Source: Marsupella aquatica
Lineage: Eukaryota > Plantae > Marchantiophyta
Assembly (NCBI GenBank): GCA_973895155.1
Contig: OZ316896.1
Coordinates: 17,968,754 to 18,032,753 of the forward strand
Reading direction: 5' to 3'
DNA: 64,000 nucleotides
Part shown: one piece after another, positions 13,300 to 25,700 of the stretch
Position numbering within the stretch: position 1 is the first letter of the stretch
Layout: the number at the start of each line of letters is the position of its first letter
Position numbers and translations under genes: made by a program
Notes under the pieces: model-generated
The model's input: only the letters and a program-made list of their open reading frames with translations
Database searches by the model: none
What the model was told of the DNA's origin: nothing

Positions 13300-13600
13300 A
13301 GTTGGAGGAGTGTCCACTGTCCACCTCCGCCCAAGTTCCCACTCCACTCCACTTAGACAAGTGTCCCTCATTCGGGGGCGTAGGGGCAGGAGGGCTGGGA
13401 CACAGAAACCCAAAATTGGTCCCTGGACACTCCCTCCCATGGCCCCGTCCGTCATCCCGTCCCGCCCCATATCCTCTCCCATCACTCGCGAGCACGGCAA
13501 CCCACACGCCCTGATTGCCCATGGCCTATCGCTGCCCACGTGATCCGCCTCCCGTCGCTTAAAGGCCGACACTGCCACAGTGGGACAGTCCCCATGTTTC
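13300..13600. mobile_element. GC-rich, transposon-terminus-like fragment
   Basis: Abrupt GC-rich block in AT-rich surroundings with loose resemblance to the reverse complement of 8400-8470. No TSD or partner end identified. Confidence 0.25.
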
Positions 13601-13945
13601 CGAACAATAGCCCCTCACCGTTACACACTTACACTCCTCATGCTTTGGAGTCAGGTGTAAGCTGTCATCGCGTAATGTCGCACAGCTCGTTATTACTACT
13701 ACTTTTTTCACTGTTACACTCCTCCTGCTTTGGAGGCAGGTGTATACTGTCACCGAGTAAATCGCACAGCTCGTTATTCCTTGTTTTTTTCTGTGATGTT
13801 TCGCCAAATTCTTACTCCAGATCGCTTCACTAACGGCACTCTGGTTTTTTTTTCCTCATTGGTTTTTCCCAATATGAAGGCTATATTTCTCAAAATTTGA
13901 GTTCACTTGTAATAAATTAATATTTATAAATTAATTTCAAAATAT

Positions 13946-14071
13946 TTTTGAGGGTATGCTAAAGGAATAATATATTTTTTAATTTTGAGGGTATGTTAAA
14001 GGAATAATACATTTTTTAATTTTGAAGGTATGTTAAAAGAATAATATATATTTTAATTTTGAAGGTATGCT
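13946..14071. repeat. AT-rich ~37-bp tandem repeat (TTTTGAGGGTATGYTAAAGGAATAATATATTTTTTAA), about 3.5 units
   Basis: Directly visible. Confidence 0.88.
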
Positions 14072-15499
14072 AGACTAGTAGGTTAACCTACATTTCCATC
14101 AAAGTGAAAGTGAATTTAGTTTAGTTTTTCATCATAATGGGAGGGGTAAATTTCATTGGATTAATTTTGATAATGTCAGTATGAAATATTTGGGCTTGTC
14201 TTTTTTGATTTTCTTTACTTTATTTGTCCCCGGCCCTTTCTTGGGTCTCCCAGCTTTGGCATATTGTGAATATTCCTAACAAATTAGTCGAATACTTAGT
14301 TGCTTGGGTGTGTTCAAGTATAAATCTAATAAATTTCAATAAAGTATATTCCTAGCATCTCCTCCTTTCACACTCGATAACATTCGCCACCGGTCGATTA
14401 AAAAGAAAAACCCTAAAATTACCTTGCTTTATACCTCCTTACACTGTATTACACCTCCTTCTTCGCGTCACGAAGGCCGGACTGTACAACGCTAGAGGAG
14501 TAGAGTATAAGAACGACGTATGTGAACAGTGAAAACTACGACAAGATTGATGGCATTTTGATCGAGTGCTGGAATGATCCAGCTGGACCAGCTGCGACCC
14601 ACAGCTCGTGCAAATAATCCCTCTGCAAATCGCTTTGATCTGAAATGTTCCTCACAATTTGAATCGAATTGAGATTCTCTCGTTGACTGTACAAGCTGAG
14701 GGACGTGCTGAGCATAGAAATTCTCGGATTCCTCGGTTCGTCTAATGTGTTGGCTCTGATGTACGAGATGAGGTAGATGTGAAGCATCAGGAAGCAGAGG
14801 AATGTGGACTGAAGGAAATCCAAGGAAGGGAGGCCTTGGAGGGATTCGGATGCACAGGGGTCAATTGCAATCTTCCTTGGGAATACTCAGGAAGAACAGG
14901 GATGGATCCGAACGACTTCTTCTACAGTGATTCGATACCGACATGGTTGTCTTCTGCGCCTTCTGAGCCTGAATGCGAATCCGCACGCGAGGCCAATTGA
15001 GCAAACCTACAGGTTCGATTTGAAACGGACAATGGATGATTTTGAGACTGATAGACGGAATTTATTCACATTGGACGGCAATTCCAACGCATTGAGAGGA
15101 GGAGACGGAAGAACATCAGAGGTTTTATGCGCATCCGGTTTGTGAAAGTAATGTAGAAGAGGCAGACAGGCAGGCAGACAAGCTGAAGGATTTGCACTTC
15201 ATTATATGGCCTCGCTTTCTAACATTGGGCATCTTTGGAGTGATTTAGCATTACGATGGTCAGGTTTAACGACAATCTTCTATATCGTGAGTCAAGTGGC
15301 AAGTGCTTGGGCAGCATCCCCAATTAAATCGAGGTGGTCTATCTAGGGAAGGAGCTAGCAGGGGAGCTAGAACGCTTAGATTATTGAAGAAAGACGCAAT
15401 ACGTACATCGAGAGCCACGAGAATTATGGTCCTAATTACATGTCTTGGACCAATGTTGTGATTATGCAAAAGCGCTGAAATTTTGGCTGCATTGATTCG

Positions 15500-18400
15500 A
15501 CACATTGCCGAAGCATCATATTTGCTCCGATGCCAGCAAGGTAGATCAGTGCAGATCGATAGATTTACTTACAAACGACTTGTACATACTCGTGAGTGAG
15601 TTTAGATGCCTTAACAGAGCTCATAGACCATTCAAGCTGCCAGTAATTTTCACACAGAAAATTCCTGCGTGGCTCAGATTGAGTAGCTTCAAAAGTCTCG
15701 TGGTTCACGTACTTGCGATCGAAGCAATTAGCACAAAATCCTGGCAGCATATAGATAGGCTGTAGATGAAAGTTCAAACTCAATCTCCTTCTTCAGAGCA
15801 GAACTCGTCACTTGGAGTTCCTCTGAAGATTTTGTTCATGTATATATCCTTTAAAGGGACCCTAAACGCAAGAGTAGGGATCCCTTCGATTACATCAACA
15901 AGTCATTTTTTGTTAATAATCAATCCTATTGTCTGTGTCTCAAAAGCCCGCGTATCTCACACATGTTATGCCTCCATTTGTATACAGCAGTTCTCCTTCA
16001 CGTTAATTGTTTACTTCTCCGGAGCAGCTTGTGTTACGATGTTTAAACGATTGTGGAGTTTGCAAGGGTAGACTGAGCGATCATTCAATAATTGGTGAGA
16101 GTTGATACTTGATTACAATCCCGATTACAATGTTCGATTCCAGCAATTCGAATATCGAGTATTAACTGTCTGCAGACAGTTGACATTTACTTTGCTCACC
16201 ATTGTTTTCAAATGTCTTGTAAGTTTCTTCCAGAAATCCAATTCGTCACATCCCTTTGGAAATTGGCCTGAATTGGAGGCTCCTAGCTATGCAGCCAGCG
16301 TTGCTGTGCGTGCTCCGCCAATTTTGCATTGAGGACGTCCTTACTTAATTGGGTAATCTTTTTCTACTGGACTGTTCATGCTAGGTGAGGTAGCAATAGT
16401 ATCGTCCAGACCCAACGGATGCAATGTGTGGTAAAGAGATTCAATGACAGAAAGCCAGAGCTTGAAAACGGCAGTAATTAATTCCGAAAATACGATCACT
16501 AAATCCAGGCCCCCGTCCAGGCCAGTACAAAGCATTACAGCAATAGAGGGCACGAAGTGAGTATTTATAGTATCTTGTGAAAGCATCGGAACGTACTGAT
16601 CTCATGAGATTGTCCAGCCGTTATTCGGCGTCCACCCATTGTTCATTGGCATGATTGTAATGCGTGCAAGTTGCGGGTCAACTTGTTGAATGGGCCCCTA
16701 GAATGTTGGCCGTGGGTGAGATATTTGAGCTGGAAAAATAAATTCAGACTCAACTGCCAAGTTGCATTCTTTGCGCTGCAAGTGAGCAAGTAGTCAGCAA
16801 AACTTGCAACAGCAGCTTGATGATCCTTAACCTCGAGCTGAAACCGCAGGGAATAAAGGACTTTCTTCGGACTACTGACAGTATTATTGTCGCTCTAACA
16901 AGGAAGGGGACACGTACCCGGCGACGGCGGTGGTCGTCTCCAAAGCTCCCCTTCAAGTTGAACTTCCACGCTATAAAGGTCAACGTAATCGGTCCGCATG
17001 GGATGCCCTCTTCTCGCGGTCGTTTCTGTCGCTAGCTGCTCAGAATCTATTTTCGGAGCGACGTAGCCATACACTCCTGCGGAAATCTAGCAAGTGTGCT
17101 AAACGCATCTCCAATCTAATTATCAGTCGTTCCTGCCCGATCCGGTTTAATGAAGAAGCTATCCGGTGTCTGCATGGAGGAGTTTTAGCGCGCGATCAGC
17201 CTTTGGAACATTCCTTCTTAGTACTGAGCTGGTAAATGCTTCCGTGCCATTATCCTTTCTAGTTGGAATGGTTGCTTGGGGAGACTGTGCCAAGCTGGGA
17301 GAATTTCAGGAGAATTGCTTTCTGGGCCACCTTGATTAGGTAGATAGGCATAGCTGAAGTAAGGTCAACTGACAAAGGTGAAACTCAAGATACCCAAAAG
17401 TTGAAAATAGTGATCAATTTACCTCGGCGATCAACTAAGCCAACAACCAAGGCAATCGCGTACACGGCGGCACTGTGGACCTGCAATTATCAGCAGACAT
17501 CTCGTGGCTTTTATCCTATATGTAGAATCTCATTACTTTCTAACAAACGATGACGCTTTTCTGTAGGAAACGAATAAATTCTACACATAGTTGGCTGAGC
17601 ATTTAATTCTACATTCGCATGCCTGATTTAAATTTAGTAAATATTCCACTTGATTTTGGATGGGCAACAGAAGGCTTGCCATTGCTTTGATTGGGAGGTG
17701 ATACTTTTCAGACTACTGCTGACTAACGGACTCCGAGCGGTCGTCCTGAGAGCAGCTGCGGCGTTCGTAACCAAGCTAAAAATACCATCTCCACGGATCA
17801 CTGTGACACCGCTTTTTCTCAGCTCGTATATCTGGGCTCTTGGTGAGTCCGAATAGAAACTGCAAACGAGAACAAGTTCCGAAGAAATCGAAGCTGTTCA
17901 TAAGACTGAAGCACGACTAGCTCCAAAAACTAAGGAAAAGACGCTTCGAACGAGACCAATCTCGAAGAAATTCTGAGTTTGAGCTTCCAAAAACCACGCC
18001 ATTCGAATGGATTTCATCCAGTAAGCCAGAGCAGTTTGGGCAGAATTTCCTGGAGCCAATAGTTATAACCTGGAAGTTAATTAGTACCGGAGAGTACTGA
18101 TTCTTCGTGGCTTAAAGAGATGAACGACTCGGTCAGGAAATAAAAGAAAAATAGATGAATTCTGACTTACATACACATGTACACGCTGACTTACAGATCA
18201 GGCTCGGATCAACTTGTATGCTATGTAACGTCATGTGACCTCCTTTTGGGCATGTGGAGTGGCCAACGTACGGCACACAATAGAGCAACCCACTCCGGTC
18301 CCAATGTCAACTGACTGCTGTTTCCGGGTGTGTTTCTTCTATTTGTAGCAAAGAACTAATCACGTCATTCTAGAGATTGTCAGTAGTGCCTTCTGTCAAT

Positions 18401-18820
18401 GATACGACTCAGTCGAATTCATCTAATATGTGGCAGATCGAGTTACCCGGACATTGGATCGAGTACCTTATGATCCAGAACTTCTTGGATAGCTGGGCAA
18501 CTATCCGCAATTGCACGTTAATTCCGGCCTAAAACCAACGCATACAGAATTGGGATTGACTTTCGACAGCTTGCCCAATTATATATTTAATCCTGCAGGT
18601 GAGCATTGGATTCTCCAGTATTGCGATTGTATTTACTTAGTTCTTGTGTCTCACCAACAATCAGGCAATCCCATGATTTAATGCTTGACCCTCCATCGCT
18701 CAGCAAGGTAGCTTTCAGTGGAAAATTCAGCCACATGGTAATATGAGCGGTTGACTCAACTCTGGAACCAACTAGCATTACCACCATGACCTTGAGAACT
18801 TCTGAAATCTTCATTTTCTG
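15500..18820 (-). pseudogene. Heavily decayed coding relic of unknown family
   Basis: Exon-like fragments ending in splice donors (DELDFWKKLTRHLKTM|gtgagc near 16200; VEVQLEGELWRRPPPSP|gtacgt near 16918), broken by many stops and frameshifts. No recognisable domain. Confidence 0.3.
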
Positions 18821-18929
18821 AACCCATGAATAAAAAAAAAAGAGCGTAGAAATGATGATCGAGTGATCTAATGTACATTCGAATCAATTGCTTGACGAGC
18901 TATGGTCGGGCATCTCCAATTATGTGACG

Positions 18930-19673
18930 CTATCGTACATGGATTGCATTCAGCTCAATTGAAGGCTCCGTTCTACTTGCAGTACCAGAGGCAGTACCCG
19001 TATAATTGGTTGAGGTAAAATTGCTAGTTGAAGATAGAGAACTAAGACTAAGCGGTTTGTTCATAGTAGAATCGTTTGCAAGTCTTTGCAGAGCCTGATA
19101 GTCGATATCACTACTAATGCTTACCAAGAGGTCCTCAAAATTGGATTCCATGCTTTTGGACTCACCCAGAAAGCCTTCGACATCCACTTTTCCAGATAAC
19201 ATGGTCACCACTTGAGACATTGATGGCCGCCTTTCTGCATGATGTTGCACGCAAAGCAGAGCAATGTTGATGCTACGAATGACTTCAGCGGGAACACAAC
19301 AATCTCTCAACTCGTGGTCCAATATATCAAGCAACAGCCCTTTTCTTATTAATGCACAAGCCTGCCATCAAGGTTTAAAGACGATGACAAATATTAGCAG
19401 TCACTCTACATTCACAGTTGATATGCAGTATATCACTATCGCAACGCAATTAAAGAAAAACTCACAGACCAAATGCCAGAATTATGCAAAAGCAACCTTA
19501 GTAAGAACTTGAGAAACAAGTTGTCCAGTGGCTGTATGGGATGGGCATAGCTGAGCATAGAGCATGTGGACATTTGGACGTCACTCTATCCAGGTTTCAA
19601 ACGAATCCTCACTAGAAAGCAAAACGAAAGCGGGAACGAAAGATTGCATCACAAGCATTCAATTATGAACGAC

Positions 19674-19720
<47 letters not shown>

Positions 19721-22700
19721 AACTTTCATACAAATTTCTTTGCATAACAATGTGGCACTCGAGACTATTACGTTGAATGGAGTTGGACGTACTAGGACTA
19801 AGATAACTTAATAGTAAGCATCTCGGAACTGTGAAACAGGTTGTGAACGTGTTGGATCAAAGAAGGGTACCCAGTTTTTCAGAAGCTTTTGATCTTGGGG
19901 TAGTGAGGAATCAATACACTTTCGCCCACTAACAATCTCTAAAAGTACAATCCCATAACTGTAAACATCTGCCTTATTTGAGAGCTGACCCCGTGTAGCG
20001 TATTCAGGAGAAAAATAGCCCCTGCAACCAGTTGGGAAGAATTGAGTAAGCACAAGTGGTACATATTGTAAATTGGGAAGAATGAATTTTTTTGAGACTC
20101 TTCCTTACGCTCTGCGAAATTACTAAAAGAGACCCACTTCCACACACTCATAATTATTGATTGGATTTCTAATTTTTTTTACAAATTTAGTCTAAGTGAG
20201 TTTTGAGAGTTAAAAACTTACAAAGTCCCCGCAACCTCAGTTTGTACAGATTGGTTTATTTCATCTGATAAATGCAGAGCGAGCCCAAAGTCAGCAATTT
20301 TTGGTTGGAAGTTTGTATCAAGAAGAATGTTTGCCGGCTTAATGTCCCTATGTATAATAGATGGTTGTAGCTCTTCATGAAGGTAGGCAAGCCCACGAGC
20401 CACTCCCAAGCAAATACTGTAGCGCTGCTCCCAATTCAAACCCCCATGATCCTTGGATCCTACAAGAAAATAAAAATAGTACTCATTAATATGGGTGTAC
20501 ATAAACCATATATAGAAGAAATGATTTAAACAGACACGGGCATAAACCATGTTTATACTTTGCATCAAGATTCAAAAAACTTCTGCCAGTTGTTCAAGCT
20601 TGCATTGGGAAGCAAACATAGTGAGTTTAGAAAGTTGATTTATTCATTGCAATTTTTTTTTAAATAAATTGACAAACAGTTCATATGACAGATGTCGTGA
20701 GGACACACATTAACAAAGTTGCACATAAGGTAATATGGGGTGACACAGATCCCAAAAGCGGCTCCGCATCTCAACCCTCACAATGCGATTTTGACCTGAA
20801 ATGTACTCTAAAGAGATATACCCTCAAATGAAATTTGTTCTGCTAGATAAGCACCTTCGATTCATTTGCATCATACATTTTGAAAAAGGATATGGAAATA
20901 TGCCCACATATGTCCTTTGAAAGTTAGAAACAATATTGACAAGAAAGTTAACACCACAAGAAGTACATTTAAATGAGATTGATGAGGAACTAGGATGAAA
21001 TTTACCCCACAATGCTTCAGCCAAGTTTCCTTTCTCAGCATATTCATACACAAGCATACGTTGCTTATCCTTGATGCAGCACCCCTTAAGCTGAACAAGG
21101 TTCCTATGTTTTATGCCTGTGATAAGAACCACCTCATTCAAAAACTCATCAAGGAGTTGTTGTCTGTGAGAAATGAATAGTTTCTTCACTGCAAGCATTG
21201 TGCAATCTGCTAAAACTCCCTGGTCACACCCACCCACCACAGGTTACATCAATAATGACTACAAGCAATTACATCAAATATCCATTATGTGGAGAAAGTG
21301 ATTGTATGCCATCAACAAACTAGCATTGAATCTTATCCAGGTCTGTCCCAGATTAAAGCAAGAACTAGCCCAAATAGCAGTCAGTGGGTATGCACAGGAA
21401 ACTCTCTCTCTATACCCAGAGCCTGTATGACCATCCATACTCACAAGCACAGTCTAAACATCCAAATTTCATGTTATCCAGTAAATAACGGCCTACACTC
21501 CTTCACTCAACAGAGGAGGTCATGAACGGTATACTTCAAGAGATTTCAATCATAATTTGTAGTATAGTTTGCAATTGGGTCTTACTATCAATGACATGAA
21601 ATATAATCATTTAAGGTAGGGGACTTGAAGAATAATGATTACAATGTGACCAGGACTGATAGGAAAACCTTCCCCTGCTGTTTATTTTTGCCAAAAATAT
21701 AATATCCTGCTACTTCCTCGCCTCCCCTTCCCCTCCTCTTTAAATCTCAGATTGCAACTTACTCAAGTAAGATCTTACCTTGTACACAACACCAAAGCTA
21801 CCATGTCCCAGCTTGCTGCCGTGGTGGAAATCTCTTGTTGCCATTTTCAGGTCACTATATTGATAAAATGGAGGTTGAACTTTCCGACGCGCCAAAGCTA
21901 CAAAAATAGTACCGCAAATAATTACTACATGTGGAAATAGATGCTCATATGTCCCACCAAATTTTCCCCGGTATGGCCTTAGGTGGGACAAGCACCTATT
22001 GACATAAAAACATGAGTATTCATACAAAGAAATTAAAGGTGCTTTCTAAGTAAGAATAATGTTTAAAGGCAGATGTCAATGTCAGTTTTTCATTGGTAGT
22101 CCATCCAAGCTCCTTGTGAAATGTTGTGGTTCATTATCCACAAGTTAGCATTAAGGTTGTCCTTCAAATCACTCTACAATGGAGTTATAGTAAAAGTTTT
22201 ATTCCATAATAACACGTAGACATTAAATATACATTAGATGTTGAATTTACCTCGTTGGATTTCACGTAGGGAAAATACTTGTCTCCATAACTTCCACAAG
22301 CTCATGATAAAAACGCAAAGAAGAATGAAAACAATGACTCCACCAACGACACTAAGAATGACAACTAGTTTGCTGCGCTTCCTGTGATCTCCTGATGTTC
22401 CACAAAATAAACCAAAGGTTAGTTTGACAAAGTAACATTATTTACATCAAAATTCATCCTATTCGTAAAAATTAGATGTAATTTATTTTGCCAAGTTTGA
22501 TCCTATTGATGTTCAGCAGAAATTTTTAAAAAGAAGGTTCTATGATTTTTCCATGTTCAAATCTCAAGAGAGATCATGAGAAGATTAGGTGTGTCATTCT
22601 TAAAGTTGACAACTTTCTATTAAATCTTTTTTTGTGGCTATCTTAATCTTTAATGTGGTGTTTTGTGATATCCTGACGTGGCACCCCAAGAGTTTGGTCA

Positions 22701-25700
22701 TTGGTACCTTCAATGCTTTCATTGAGTGCAGATCTGCAAAGGTACCGTTGAACATAGGATGAGGCTCCTTTACAATATGGGTTTCCACCAAGCCTGTCAA
22801 TTGCAAGGATTACACAACAAAACAGTTGGTCACTTAAGATTTTCTCTTGAGTGGTCGAATCACCTACACTACTCGTTTCATCTTAGAAGTGTTACAAGGA
22901 AATCACAGCCTCGAAATACGATTGAAACTGTCCAATAATACTTCAACCTCCTGAAATAGAAAGCTTTGGCCTAATAGTTTGAACATATCTCACTCACTTG
23001 AATCGTATGAATAAATTCATGTGCACACAAAACTGATAATAGAAACAGAATAAAAGTGGCTCTATACAAGTCATCTTGGCCAGGGAAGCTTACTTACAAA
23101 ATCCCTGCAGATTGTTGGTTTTCTAGTAGACTCTGAGTAGCTGCATCAAAGCTTTGAACGTCTGGAACTATATTGGTGATGTTGTTATTCACAAATGAAA
23201 ACACCTGATGAGTCGCCCCAGCTGCAGCTTTCACGTTTCCTGAGGCAGCATCCTTCAATGCGTCGTACCATATGGTCAAGTTTAAGGTACCTTGAATTCC
23301 GTTTTGTGAAAAGTTTCTGTGCATCAACAATCATTCCAAATTTGAAGCAAGTTAGCTATTAACTTAACCAGAAAAACTTAATTGGCCCTAAGCCTGGCCC
23401 TAAGTAACTAGGCACGTGATTTTGAGCCCAAAGTTCTGAGTGCTATCCTCAGTTTCCAGCCAACGACTCAGACCATGAAATTCCAGTGACACTGAGGCGT
23501 ATATTCTTCTGTAGCTCCATATTGAACAGCTCAACATCAATGTTGTAGGATTGCATTCTTCACCATGCTATGTCCATTAAAATCTCAATGCCAACATCCA
23601 AATTGACATCAATTGTACCGTCTTCTTTTCCTGTAAGTCCAGAAGTGGTGACATAAACGCAATCACAAAAATTTCTAGCTAACGTAACTTTTATCTGATA
23701 TCCACAATTGGACCAATCTCCTCCAGCTCATGAAATGTGCTAAAGTCTGAAGTCCTCCATCCATTCAACATATATTCGAACTACACAGCTTACTAGGCCA
23801 ACCTTCTATCCAAAATCCATTCAATCGGAGTGGCAGAAAGGACTTACGCAAAAGTGAGCTTGGAAAGACTTGAAAAGTATAAATAGCTCGACAATGTCCC
23901 GATAAAATTGTTGCCAGAAACATCTCTGCAAGATAGACAATAGACATCGGAATCAGTCAGTCTATGTATCGTGATATACAAATTTGTAAAGTGGTTAACG
24001 TGAGCAGCCCGGAAAAGTTGTGAACTATGGTGTGACGTTGATTAGTCCAGATAATTGAATTAAGATTAGGTAGTAAATGTCTTATGATAACTACGTCCAG
24101 AAGTAGAAGCTTTGTAGGGTTGGACTCAATTAATCTTTGCTGCTAATCATGAGCTGTGTTCTCATTCAGGAACATAATTGCACTAACTGCATCATAGGGG
24201 TACAATGCTTCCAAAGACTATCATTGGCTGGTTACAAACACTGTTCTGCTAAACGAGTATTTGCTCTTTCCATTATCATATATATAGGTAGCATTCATCA
24301 CTTGCAGCAAGTTGGGTTAGGTTGATATATTCGGAGAAAATGGTGATTTCGATTTCAATTCCAACAACTCAAGATTCAATTTTCGCCTCAATACTCGGAA
24401 GAAAACTAGCATGCGAGCTATTAAGAGAAAGCTCCACTCACAATTCTTGTAGAGACCCAGAGTTCTTTCGTAGCATCGGGTCCAACGACGAAACATCACC
24501 CTCAAGCTTGTTGTGAGACAGGTCTAAAATCACCAAGCTGTTGGTTGTGTTTTCCCAAGCGGGTGGAAGGGAGGATATGGCATTGTTACTGAGGTTCCTG
24601 CCAAGACAATCGAAAATCAAGCATAATATGATGAAAATCGAATACAGGGAGCAATAGCTTTGGAGTACTCTCACATACCAGGGCTAAAGATTCCCCAAAC
24701 TAAGTCCCAAGTGAATACTACACCGATATCAACGAAATAAAAACAATGCAGAAAGACCGCAATTATTCATAGCTGTTCTCAGGTATGAATTACCCGAATC
24801 AAGATTCTTGTCCACAACAGTTTTGAAGTTGAGGTGCTTAAACTTACAGTGTTTGGAGTGTTTTAGGGAGTGGTAAACCCTGAGGGGAGACCAACAAATC
24901 TGTAAGATTATTGTAAGCCAGGTTCAAATGTACAAGCTTGTCCGCGTCGTTCCAGTTCGGAATGCTATCAATGGTATTGTGACTGAAGTCCCTGCAGGAA
25001 TTTTACACAACAGACTAAATTTCAGAGCAATGACCATGGAGTAAATTTCCCACTGCGTACAATCCTCATCGATACCTGACTTATTATATGTACTTTCACA
25101 TCTCAAGTGTCATATGTCCCGTCAAGCCTGGGAATTGAGTAAAAGAATGGTACACTTACAATACGGTAAACTTTGTGATGTTAGAGAATTTATTGATGAG
25201 GAACTGAAAAGTCGTGCCATCGACTCCACTACTTGTGATAGACCTGAAAGTAAACAATTCCACAGGCTCAAGATTGCCTCTTTCCAACTTAGGTATTGAA
25301 TGACATCTAAGATATATGTCACGTTTATCTGTGAAAGTCGGAATTTGAAGTGTCGTAATGGAAAAGCTGTTGGCTCTTCATGTGATCATGACGACAGTTA
25401 CGTATTAAAGCCATATAAAGCTTAGAATCAGCTGAGGTACACAAAATCACAATTGAAGTTGGAAGTAAGTTTACAAAATGAAAATAAATGAAAGGCTCAG
25501 TAAGATCTGACTTGACTTCAATATGCTTGAGCAGCACGTGTTTGAACAAAGCCAACATTTCTTAGAGAGTCACTTTTCTTCTCGGGTTTCTTCTTAGTCA
25601 AGAGACAGATATTGAATTTTACGTACGAGAATTCTGGACAATTCCCAGCAAAAGACAGTTGCGACTTACATGTTTGTCAAACTACCGAGAGTTAGGCTTG

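Noticed and set aside
14536-14823. ORF resembling a small secreted peptide precursor (hydrophobic N-terminus)
   Set aside because: It starts at TTG with no upstream in-frame ATG before a stop, and has no convincing CLE/CEP/PIP motif.
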